NCBI GenBank assembly: GCA_951406725.2 | Contig: OX597815.1 | Coordinates: 175,212,001-175,276,000, forward strand | DNA length: 64,000 bases | Direction of reading: 5' to 3' | Source of the DNA: Octopus vulgaris | Taxonomy: Eukaryota | Shown: one piece after another, positions 53,198-64,000 of the stretch | Numbering within the stretch: the first letter of the stretch is position 1 | How the letters are laid out: each line of letters opens with the position of its first letter | The notes under the pieces: model-generated | What the model saw: only the letters and a program-made list of their open reading frames with translations | Database searches by the model: none | Told to the model about the DNA's origin: nothing | Position numbers and translations under genes: made by a program

Positions 53198-53320
53198 ATA
53201 TTACACAGATTTTGAGCACGTCGAGAAACTCAGCCATGGGGCTTTTGGGATTGTCTTTGTAGCTAAAAATAAATTTGATTCTTGTCAGTATGCTGTCAAA
53301 AGAATATGTCTACCAAAATG
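53198..53320 (+). CDS. EIF2AK3: PERK exon 13 (kinase subdomains I-II)
   Basis: [39 protein letters not shown] matches PERK YLTDFE...[28 protein letters not shown]. Phase 2-2. Confidence 0.96.
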
Positions 53321-53624
53321 GTAAGTGACACTTTTTTTTTCCCTTTGGTAGCATATGTGTAAAATATATTTTATTTGTTTTCAAAAACACAGCATAAATA
53401 TGATATTAAACAATAAATATATTACAATTTCTAAATTTGTTTTGTATTTTAGGCAGTTTTTTTTATATGTCAGTCTAAGATTTCCCAATCAATGTCCATA
53501 ACAGAGATGAACTGCTTTTAGTTTGAAAGTTCTTCAAAGTATAAGGTTTAAGCATAAGATTTATTAACAATGTAATGGCTTGGTCTTAAGCTGCCACTAT
53601 AAACTCCACCTCCAAGATCCAAAT

Positions 53625-54350
53625 CATCATCATTGTTTAACATCTGTTGTTCATGCTGACATGAATTGGACGGTTTCACAGGAGTTCACAAGCTGGAAAG
53701 CTGCACCAAGTTCCAGTTTAGCTTGTTTCTCTGGCTCGATGTCCTTCCTAATGCCAACCACATTACCATGTGTGCTGGGTGTAGAACTTTTTACATTGCT
53801 CTGCTACAACTTTTGCAGAATGGTCTTCTTGAGTGCAGCAAGGTGCCAAGAATCTCAGTCTTTTGTCATCTGAAAGGTTCAGTGTGTCGAGGTTGTCCCT
53901 TCACTACTTTGGCCCATGTCTTCCTGGGTCTCCCACTTCCATCCACTTGGACAGATCTGCCTTTTCTTTATGGAGCTGTTGGCATCCATTTGTATCTCGT
54001 GGCCAAACCAGGACAGTCCTCTCTCTTGCACAACTGCACTCAATTCCTCTTATGCCTAACCTCTCTTTCTCAAAGCACCATCACTCTGTCGAACATGTAC
54101 ACTAACATTACACATACAGCAGAGCATAACCAGCCTCATTGCGCTCTAACCTTCACAAGTCCTTTGCATGTCCCTTGTAGAATTGCTGTTTGTATGCATG
54201 CATCACACAACTTTCCTTTGACTCAGAAAGAAAGAGACCTTTGGTTGCCAAGAGAGGTAAAAAAGCTCTTTGAAATTTTTTCCATCCTATACTTATTCTA
54301 GCTATTACACTCTTTGGACATCCTCCCCCATTACTGATTTTGTCCCCTCA
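53625..54350 (-). mobile_element. Decayed RTE LINE 3' fragment
   Basis: Reverse-complement similarity to the RTE C-terminus and tail. Confidence 0.8.
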
Positions 54351-55088
54351 CTAGCAATCCTCATCCACTACTTCTAATGATCCTCTGGGGCCATTTGTGA
54401 AAGTCATTTTCTTATGACTCCTGTGCTACAAACACTTGCCTTCTCTGATAAGCTTTCTATTATTTCACTGCACCTCATGTGAAGAAATGGTGAGAAATTC
54501 GGATTGGCACCATTTGACAGGAGCTTCCCAGTATAACTGAATCAATCCCATTTCCTCAGTTATGGAGTCACATACACGACTATCAGGACTTTCAGCCATA
54601 TAGAATGCTGGCTTAGGTTCTTATATTCTGCCAACAGCTTATGTTGTAATCATCATCATCATCATCATCATCATCATTTAACGTCTGTTGTCTCATGTGT
54701 TGGATGGTTTGACCAGCCCTGGCAAGCTGGAAGGCTGCACCAGACTCCAGTTTGATTTGACATAGTTTTCTATGGCTGGATGCCCTTCCTAATGCCAACC
54801 ACTCTGATAGTGTAATGGGTGCTTTTACGTGCCACCGGCATGGGTGCCATTTGCGTGACACCAGTATCTGCCACAACTGCAATTTTGCTTGGCCTGATGG
54901 GTCTTCTTCTCAAGGCCCAACACTTCTCCGCACTCGAAAGGAACTCAGCCACTTTGCTCTATTAATCTAAATATGTTTAATTCAAAAATATTCAAGGTAT
55001 TTTTTGAAGTTATTTAAATTAAATATGGTTATTTCTATTGATTTAAATTAAATTTCTTGAATTTTGATTGTTCTTTGTTTCTCTTCAG

Positions 55089-55232
55089 TGCAAGCAGCGA
55101 AGAAAAGGTAATGAGAGAAGTGACCACACTTGCAAGTCTTGACCATGCTGGAATTGTTCGTTATTTCCAATCTTGGTTCGAGTGCCCACCTGTTGGATGG
55201 CAGGAAAAGATGGATTTAGAATTGGGCAATAA
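55089..55232 (+). CDS. EIF2AK3: PERK exon 14 (kinase subdomains III-IV)
   Basis: [38 protein letters not shown] matches PERK [38 protein letters not shown]. Phase 2-2. Confidence 0.96.
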
Positions 55233-56068
55233 GTAAGTCAATATTCATTTCAGTCTCCTTTGAATCATTTGGAATGTGTGTGTGTTTGTGTAAAGAGGTA
55301 TAAATGGAGGTGTGGTTGCACCTTTTCTTTTCTTCAAGAAAGAGTTACTGGGGATAAAAATTATAATATACATTCTTGAAAATTGTTAACTAAAAATAAC
55401 GATGGATTATTTATTTCCTTTATTTCAGTCACTACCGTTTGAGTTTTCTCATGGTTATCTGACAGTTTACTTGTGTTGGCTTAGTCCAGTTACCATCAAT
55501 ATTCATTTTCCTCACTTATCCAAAGAACTGAAATTATATACCTTCTTTATTGCTTCCCATATTGGTGATAGACCTAATCTGTTGTTTTTAGCTTTCAGCT
55601 GTCTTTAGGAAAGCCAACTCTATTGCAAGTGTTTAGATCATGTCTTTGATCTGATGGTAATTAGATATCTTGACATGGTACTTTCTACTCTAGTAATCCA
55701 GTAAACATGGTTTCTTCCTCCTTTTCCGCAAGTCATATGTTATTACTGGTTCAATCTCAAGGTCTTAGCACTTAATTGTCATCTCACAAAACCATTAGCC
55801 TAAAACCAAAGTTACTTTCAAATTTGAAATTAATTGCTGAAGATTTTCAATTGATTCTGCAATGAAATTGGATGACTTCATTTTCACATTCTCACCATTA
55901 TTTTTGTTGCCGAGATTTTATTATTAGAAGGAGCTGCTTCTTATGACTTGCTTCGTTCATTTGTCGTTAGTTTCCTTACTTGGCTAATTAGTCATATTTT
56001 CAATCTTGAAAATATTTAAATTGGTTTGTATGTATAAAACTTTCTTCCACTTGTCTAAAATACAACCT

Positions 56069-56190
56069 CTGTGGTCAAGCATTCAGATGCAAATGTAATT
56101 GGTGGTCAAGCACTCAGGTGCAAATCTAATCTGCAGTCAAGCACACAGGTTCAAATCTGTTATCAAGCGCTCAGGTGCAAATATAATCTG
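56069..56190. repeat. Degenerate minisatellite, about 30 bp x 4
   Basis: Repeated tcaagcactcaggtgcaaatctaatctg-like unit. Confidence 0.8.
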
Positions 56191-56367
56191 ACATTGTAAC
56201 TAATTTATAACAGCTTTTTTATATTTTTCTTCAAGCTTTTCTAGTAAAATTTTTGTTTTCAGTAACACAGGTAAAACTGTTTTTAAGCTAATTTGAATAT
56301 TTTATGGAATGCAGTTGAAAATTGTTTCTGCTCATTGAGGTGAATATTTTATGTTCTTTCATTTCAG

Positions 56368-57046
56368 CGTTTGTCTTACTCCAAGTCCAGTTACACAAAC
56401 CACAACTCCCTCTGGTGTTACCTCAGAAAAACCCACTAATCATATTGCTGATTGTCTTTATCGTAATCCACTGCGACCTTTCAATGATCTCGACTTTTCC
56501 AATATTTTCCCAAAGACTAATGGTGTTAGTGGTGGATTCTCAAGTTATAAAGAAAATGATGAGAGTGGTTCTTTCAGTATCTCTGACACAAATCTACAAA
56601 GTGATTCCAAAAATGAAAGCAGGCAGAGCAATAGTAGCAATGAAAGCCAAAATAAAGGAATTCCTTTTCAGCAATATGCAAAATCTGAACCATCTTTGAG
56701 TATAATATTCCAAGACTCAGGCTGTGAAGAGAAGGGACTAAGCAGTTATGACAATTCAGTACAACTGCCCTTTCCTAGCGAGAAACAATTGACAGTTGAT
56801 GACAGTAAACCAAAAGACCAAGTGGCTTGTAAAAAAGATGATAATGTCTCAAAAAACAAGAAAAACAATAGTCCTAAAATGTATCTTTATATACAAATGA
56901 TGTTGTGTAAGCGTGAAACCTTAAAAGACTGGCTCACACAACACACAGAGAAGCGGAATCCTGAAGTTGTTTTAGATTATTTTGATCAAATTGTTGAAGC
57001 TGTGGATTATGTACATAAGAAAGGAGTTTTGCACAGAGATCTGAAA
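56368..57046 (+). CDS. EIF2AK3: PERK exon 15 (long S/N-rich kinase insert and subdomains V-VIb); gene continues beyond the window
   Basis: SIIFQDSG insert motif, YLYIQMMLCKRETLKDWL, FDQIVEAVDYVHKKGVLHRDLK, donor GTAAGT. Phase 2-0. No DFG-encoding exon was recognised before 64000. Confidence 0.96.
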
Positions 57047-58389
57047 GTAAGTAAATGATTTTTTTTATATCCATTTTACATTTCTTTTAGTAAATGTTTT
57101 TCAATTTACTTTTCATTAAAAAAGTGTGCAAATGCAGGTCATTTGAAGCTGGAGCATATGTAGGTTTGGATAGTAGGGTATCAAACTCCTAGGCGTATGG
57201 TTAACCCTTCATAGCCGATACTGTATTTGTATCTAAACTAAGATATTTGATTCTCAAAAGCTTAGTTTGCCCAACTCTTAGTTATCGTTGCAGGATGTAT
57301 TGTTGAAAACTACAGCAACTCTCTAGAACTGATTGGTTCATTTAAGTCTGATTTCCATGCTGGCATGGATTGGACAACTTGACAGGAGCTGGCAAGGCTA
57401 GGGGGCCACATGAGGTTCAATTGTCTGTTTTGGCATTGTTTCTATAGCCGGATACCCTTCTTAATGCCAACCACTTTACAGAGTATGTACTGGGTGTTTT
57501 TTTTATGTGGCACCATCACTGATAGGTAACTTGCATGACAAAACCTTTTCAACAGGGAAGTGGGGCGTAGTATTGAGGGTGTGTGGCTTTGTGCCAGTTG
57601 AGGGATTTAAGGTGTAGAAGTGACAGATACAAGTGTGTTGCTGTAGCTACATGGATACCTCAAAGGAGAGTAAGATAAAGTGGTGGCCAAGTTTAATTTC
57701 TGCCTTAGGAAAAACTACATGCAATTGAACAATGTTCTGTGCATATTTCTCATGTTTAGATGAATCATCTATCCAGACTATAACCCGGTTCTGTACAGAG
57801 GTTTATTGATGCTGACCTCATTGGTTATTCAATCTACTCAAAGTCCTATGGGGATGGAAGGCTGGCAGTGTGGCTGGCCCCAACCTGTTGGAAGCAGAAA
57901 GTTACAACTTTAATCTGTGTTCTGGGCTTCAAGCTGTGCAGAATTGCACTGGGGCTGAATAGTGATCTAGAAGGCCATGGATGGTAAGTCAGAAATTCTG
58001 TTGGCAGTGAGGAAGCACAAATAGATGGTAATCATATATGAAGATGGTACAATTACCGTATATACATGTGTGTGTATGTATATATATATCTATATAGTTG
58101 GAATTTACAAAAAAACAAAAGATGAAGATGGGTGTGTACACAACAAACAGGTGTATTAGTTTAACACATGGGAAGGTGAGAAAGTCTTTTATGTTTCGAG
58201 CCTACACTCTTCAACAGAAAGGAAGATGAGGAAATGAACAGAGAAAGAAGAAAAAGTGAACAGAGAGATAATTAAAAAATGGTTTACTGGTTAGCGATAT
58301 GTAAAAACATTGTAGATGTTTTATACTTGATGTGTTTTATTGAAATGCTTTTAGGCATTCAGTGTTTTGTCCATGGGAAGCCTCTTTGG

Positions 58390-58611
58390 CCCTTTAGCAT
58401 TCAGGTTCCTTTGCCAGATGTATTGCTTATTTATTCACATTGTTTTGTGTTAATCATGAATTATCTTATAGCTTTGAAATTTTGATGATATGATTGTTTT
58501 TATTTTTATAGTGACATTGTAGGATAGGTGTGAGGGGCTGGATCTGGCCAGTTTGAACATAAAATGAGTAGAATATTTGGGCTGAATACAGCTAGTTGAA
58601 ATGTTAAAGGG
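58390..58611. mobile_element. Second piggyBac-type MITE
   Basis: ccctttagcatt ... aatgttaaaggg|ttaa. Left TSD is degenerate. Confidence 0.6.
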
Positions 58612-59569
58612 TTAAGCTGTAGGGTTTTAAAATCCACTGTATGTCTCCAAACCAGGTGAAACGAATCTCTTTGACAGGTGAGAGAAATTGTTCTTTTCCT
58701 GCTGTTTCAAATCATTGGTGCTGAATATTTAAGTCACCTGTGAAACAAATGGAAATCACTCGTCTGAGACATGTGCATAAAATCTATGTAGTGATGTGCA
58801 ACAGCACTGTGCAAATAGGAAGAAATTAAAATTTGAGTGGGAAGCAGCTTTGATAATGTAGACATTGTGGATTAAACAAACTTAATGTGCTTTGTTTAAA
58901 CATTTTGTCTAAGTTGCTTTGGTTTGAGGTCTACAGGTGCTTTTTAAAACTCTACGTCTTAAAGGGACTTTTTTTCCTAGATGAGATATTGCAGCTGAAA
59001 AGCGTTTAAACAAAAGTTCCTGGCTTTAAGCAAATTACGGAAGGCCTGCTCGGAGGTCCAACCTTCCAAGTTCTTTTACAGGGTTTAGAAAAATTGAAGG
59101 ACTGCCACAATAAACGTGTAAGTCTGAGAGGGGGGAATATGTTGAGAACAATCAATTATCTTTTTTATAATGATATAATATACTCATTTATCAATTAAAG
59201 AATTTGTTAGAAATGGCCATAATGATTTGACACCTGTCCTTCAATAGTCACTTATTTATTCTTAATTTACCTCCTCACATGGACTGTATATTTAATAAAT
59301 TGTACATGTACAAGTGTGAATAGCTCAAGAGTGGATTATATACTCAGCCGGGTCAAAATGATTGCATTACATCAGCCGAATATCATTCTGTCAATACTCC
59401 TGTACCAAAGTTGGTATTCATCTAAAAATTGCTGTGTGTGCATTTTATTCCACCCTAACTATGTGTGTGCCTCAACCTTATTCCACTGAGTGTCCCAGCA
59501 TGGCCACAGCCTTAGGGCTAAAACATAAAGGATTCATCATCATCATTGTTTAATATCCGCTTTCCATTC

Positions 59570-60470
59570 TGGGACACTTGACAGTAAAAGGTCTAGTTTC
59601 GTTTTGGAGACCTCTACATCCACCCCATGCAGGTCTCTCTGATCCTTCAGGAGGATACTGAAGAGTTGTGGGCCTTCAAAGCCAGGCTGTTGCAATATTT
59701 TGTCATACCTTGATGACAATTTTGGAGTCTTTGGCACTATGCAGTGGCACCCTATTCTAGGATCTTCCAGATGTATATTATGGCATACCTTTCTTGCCTA
59801 CACTCTAAGGAATAAAATCTTAATCTCTTGAGTCTTTCCCAGGAGCTTATGTGCTGCATGGAGGCTATCTTCTTTGTGTACTTTTGTTGGATTGCCTCAA
59901 GTTCGGCAATTAATCTGACACTGGTTCGCGACCACAGCTGAGAGCAATAGTCAAAGTGGCTTAGGACAAGTGTCCCCCAGAGGACCATCATGGTTTCCTG
60001 ATCACTCGTTCTAAAAGTTCTAAGAATCCATCCGGTGAGCCGCCTGCATTTCATTGCCAACTTAGCAACATGCACATGGAAGGATGCATCATTACTCATG
60101 AAATGCCAAGGTCTTGCACTGATTATGTCTCTGGGATTGCAATCCTTCCAGGTCCAGAGTAATTAATTGATATTGCATTTAGTTTTGCATGTTGATAGCA
60201 CAAGGCTTGAAACTTTTCAGCATTAAACTGCATGCTGTTCTTTTCAGCCCACTTGTATATTTCATCCAACTCACTCACATTGCAGTTCTGTATCATTTGT
60301 GAGACTTTTGTATCATCTGCATAACTTGTGATCGTGGCTTGCTGTGTGGTTGAGGGCATATCTGAGAGGACCATTATGAACGGTAGTGGTCCCAAAACAG
60401 TGCCTTGTGGAACACTGCTCACTATTTGTGTGTCATTGGAGGTGGTCCCATAAGCTACTACCACCTGACT
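59570..60470 (-). mobile_element. CR1-group LINE RT fragment (related 3' remnant at about 25262-25670)
   Basis: VPQGTVLGPLPF, SYADDTKV, WAEKNSMQFNAEKF, HFDYCSQLWS, ERLKRLRFYSLE. Confidence 0.88.
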
Positions 60471-61287
60471 TCTATTGAAATTGAAGGAAGACGTTGAAAC
60501 TTCCCCTCTGCAAGTTTAATTTTTTTCAACAGCAAAGGGAGCTATTTTTTTCAGAGTCCTTTGATTCTGTCTTCCCACATAGCCTGTGCATAAACTAATA
60601 GTGAATGCTGTATAAAATTAAATTGGTATGGAACTTTCTGAAAGATGCGTATAGGTTTCACTTGTGGAAGCCAAACTCTTATTTAAAGGTTGATTCTTTA
60701 TGATGAATCATATGTGGTTGTTTAAAAAAAAAAAGGCTAGAATGACAATGCTGAAGCATATTTAAAACAATGGACAACAGTCAAAATATCATAATGGATG
60801 GGTAAATAAGCATCCTTAAAGTGAAATACCGCATTGGTAGGTAAACAAAAGTATCGACAAATAGAAGAGAGGGAAGGGAACATCACCTTTCAGGTAACTC
60901 AGAAAAGGTAAAGGTAAGCTTGCCAAAGTTTAATGCGGTTTAAATATGGAGATTAGGATTGTTTGGTATTGGATATTCATTGTGTTCAGTATTCCTAGTC
61001 AGTTTAATCACTGTTGCAGGTGGACAGCCGGAATAAATAAATAGACAAAATCCTTTCACTTTTATAAATATATTAAAAAAGTATGGAAGACCCTACATAC
61101 AAAACAACTATGTCCATCTAGGTCTATGTAATGTTTAGTGTTTTAACTGCCTTTTCTAGCCTGTAAGGGGTCTTGTTAAAGGTCACCTCTTTCATGTATA
61201 AATAAGTAAATTGTTTGTACACTATTATATATGAAAATATGTTGTCTATTGACTTTATTACGCATGCTAGCCACAGGTATCTCTTTT

Positions 61288-61680
61288 ACTGGTTTCAGTC
61301 ATTTGACTGCGGCCATGCTGGAGCACCGCCTTTAGTCGAGGAAATCGACCCCCGGGACTTATTCTTTGTAAGCCTAGTACTTATTCTATTGGTCTCTTTT
61401 GCCGAACTGCTAAGTTACGGGGACGTAAACACACCAGCATCGGTTGTCAAGCGATGTTGGGGGCACAAACAGACACACAAACACACACACACATATATTT
61501 GCATATACATATATACGACGGGCTTCTTTCAGTTTCCGTCTACCAAATCCACTCACAAGGCTTTGGTCAGCCCGAGGCTATAGTAGAAGACACTTGCCCA
61601 AGGTGCCACGCAGTGGGACTGAACCCGGAACCATGTGGTTCGTAAGCAAGCTACTTACCACACAGCCACTCCTGCGCCTA
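61288..61680 (-). mobile_element. Near-complete tRNA-derived CORE-type SINE (resembles octopus OR-type SINEs)
   Basis: Head ggcgcaggagTGGCTGTGTGG...GGTTCAGTCCC, CORE-like accttgggcaagtgtctt, internal (TG)n, and a 3' body shared with other copies. Confidence 0.85.
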
Positions 61681-61745
61681 TTGCCACTCCTGTGCCTATT
61701 GCCACTCCTGCGCCTATTGCCACTCCTGCGCCTATTGCCACTCCT
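61665..61745. repeat. 18-bp tandem repeat x 4.5 (gccactcctgcgcctatt) of the SINE 5' end
   Basis: Units begin at 61665, 61683, 61701, 61719; partial unit at 61737. Confidence 0.95.
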
Positions 61746-61779
61746 AAATTCCCTACCCTTATTATATATGTATATATAT

Positions 61780-64000
61780 AAAGAAAATGAATGGGATAAA
61801 GAGAGTCTGCCGAATGTCGACCCAACAGAGGGACCAGCTATCTGAGTTGAAAGTACCTTGGTAGATAAGGCAATTAGAAGTATGAAGACAGGGAAAGCCC
61901 TGGGCCCATCAGGAATTACTGCAGAGATGCTCAAAATATCTGGCAGTGTCGGCTATAGCCTAGTCACCTGTACAGTTAACCAGGTGATACACGAAGGAGT
62001 CATACCCAATGACTGGTGTAGCAGCATAATAGTCAACTGCTACAAAGGTAAAGGTGACGCTCTAGATACAAATAATTACAGAGGTATCATGCTGTTGGAT
62101 CAGGTAATGAAGGTTACAGAGAGGGTCATTGCCCAACTGATTAGGGAGAGAGTCAGCTTGGATGAGATGCAGTTTGGTTTCATGCCAGGGAAAAGCACCA
62201 CTGATGCCATATTTCTGGTAAGACAGCTGCTGGAGAAATACCTAGCCAAAGATAAGCCCCTGTACCTGTCTTTTGTTGACATGGAGAAAGCCTTTGACAG
62301 GGTCCCCCGATCCCTCATCTGGTGGTCAATGAGGAAACTAGGGATAGATGAATGGTTAGTGAGAGCTGTGCAAGCCATGTACAGGGATGCTGTAAGTAAG
62401 GTGAGGGTTGGCAACGAGTACACTGAAGAATTCAGGGTAGAGGTAGGGGTCCACCAAGGTTCAGTCCTCAGCCCACTTCTATTTATCATAGTCCTCCAGG
62501 CAATAATGGAGAAATTCATGACAGGATGCCCCTGGGAGCTCCTCTATGCTGATGACCTTGCTCTAATTGCTGAGTCACTATCAGAACTATAAGAGAAGTT
62601 TCAGTTGTGGAAACAAGGATTAGAATTGAAGGGCCTTAGAGTCAACCTAGCTAAAACCAAAGTCCTAATAAGTAGGAAGGCAGACAAACCACAAATCCCT
62701 TCAGGTAGATGGCCCTGCTCGATCTGTAGTAGAGGCGTAGGTAGAAACTCTATAAGATGTACCCAGTGTAAGCTATGGACACGTAAGAGGTGCAGTAATA
62801 TCAAAGGAAGGCTAACGGGGAAGATAGTTTTTGTATGTGGCAGATGCTCAGGAGCAATAAACACTGAAAATCTGCAGAGAACAGCTTCTGTCACATTCCA
62901 GGGAGGAAAACTAGAAGTAGTTGATAGCTTCCGTTACCTAGGTGACCAAGTCAGTAACGGGGGAGGGTGTGCTGAAAGTGTAGATGCTAGAATAAGAATA
63001 GCCTGGGCAAAGTTGAGAGAGCTCCTACCTCTGCTGGTGACAAAAGGCCTCTTGCTCAGAGTAAAAGGTAGACTGAATGATGCATGTGTACGAACAGCCA
63101 TGCTATACGGCAGTAAAACATGGTCTGTGACTGCAGAGGACATACGTAAGCTCGCAAGGAATGAAGCCAGTATGATTCGATGGATGTGCAATGTCAGTGT
63201 GCATTCTCGACAGAGTGTAAGTACCTTGAGAGAAATGTTGGACCTAAGAAGCATCAGATGTGGTGTGCAAGAGAGACAACTGCGCTGGTATGGTCATGTG
63301 GCGAGAATGGATGAGGACAGCTGTGTGAAAAAATGCCACACCCTGGCGGTTGAGGGAACTTGTGAAAGAGGAAGACCTGGGATGAAGTGGTGAAGAACGA
63401 CCTTCGAATTTTGGGCCTCACCGAGGAAATGACTAGGGACCGAGACTTTTCGAAATATGCTGTGCGTGAGAAGACTAGGCAAGACAAATGAGACCATAAT
63501 CTCATGGCCTATGCCAGGGGCGTTACCAGCCCACTTATGCGTACCTTTCCTTCTTTGGACACTAAAACTCTACTTGCGAAGACCTGTTGAGGCAAGTGAA
63601 ATCAAAATCAAATTCGATGACTGGCGTCCGTGCTAGTGGGGTGCAAAGAGCACCATACAAGTGTGATCATTGATAGAGTGGCTAGCCGGCTTCTGTGCCA
63701 GTGGCACTTAAAAGGCACCATCCGAACATGATCGTTACCAACGTCACACTACTGACACTCGAGCCTCGTGCTAGTGGGGTATTAAGAGCACCATCCGAGC
63801 GTGATCGTTGCCTGAGTGGCTATCTGTCCTCCGTGCCAGTGGCACGTAAAAAACACCATTCAAGCGTGATCGTTACCAGCATCGCTTTACTGGCACCCGC
63901 GCCAGTGGCATGTGTAAAAGATTCGAGTGAGGTTGTTGCCAGTGCCGCCTGACTGGCCCCGTGCCAGTGGTACATAAAAGCACCCACTACACTCTTGGAG
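61780..64000 (+). mobile_element. Least-decayed RTE LINE copy (5'-truncated, one stop at 62590-62592, small 3' deletion); runs off the window
   Basis: RT motifs KALGPSGI, NYRGIMLL, QFGFMPGKSTTDAIF, FVDMEKAFDRVP, GVHQGSVLSPLLF, LYADDL, FRYLG, RWYGHV, followed by a repetitive 3'UTR. Confidence 0.96.

Noticed and set aside
53666-54301. 211-aa + strand ORF
   Set aside because: It is the antisense reading of a decayed RTE fragment.
58180-58222. Minus-strand ttgaagagtgtaggctcgaaacata hammerhead-like motif
   Set aside because: The core lacks CUGA and the stems are incomplete. At most a decayed retroelement end.
61600-61680. tRNA gene
   Set aside because: The A and B boxes belong to a SINE head and continue into CORE-like sequence; no complete cloverleaf.
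61665-61745. CRISPR-like regular repeats here and in the RTE 3'UTR arrays
   Set aside because: No unique spacers, eukaryotic context, and no cas genes.
57047-64000. Apparent truncation of PERK after HRDLK, suggesting a pseudokinase
   Set aside because: A canonical GTAAGT donor follows and other introns of this gene reach about 9 kb, so the remaining exons most likely lie beyond the window.

Overview
AT-rich, repeat-dense eukaryotic DNA. The LINE/SINE families and (TA)n/(CAT)n content point to an octopus or other coleoid cephalopod (inferred from recognition, not from a search). Two spliced host genes lie on the + strand. The first is the last two coding exons of a PMF1/Nnf1-like kinetochore gene (458-656, 5599-5652). 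The second is 15 phase-consistent exons (16280-57046, 2580 nt, 860 codons) of the ER-stress eIF2-alpha kinase PERK/EIF2AK3, which runs off the window after the HRDLK motif. Introns and intergenic DNA hold decayed RTE, CR1-like, R4-like and Penelope-like retroelements, mariner relics, MITEs, tRNA-derived SINEs and a 5S rRNA pseudogene. Highlights: (1) type-I hammerhead ribozyme folds with unusually long stem II at Penelope-like ends next to (TA)n; (2) three non-canonical PERK kinase residues, each one A>G change from consensus (possible restorative A-to-I editing); (3) a PHD-type zinc finger inside the RT of the dominant RTE family; (4) a candidate in-frame PERK cassette exon; (5) inverted LINE copies around the frame-symmetric ATP-binding exon; (6) an ACGT-rich promoter and a TAATG stop-start uORF. 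Most other ORFs in the track are repeat-derived or spurious. All coordinates were counted by hand.
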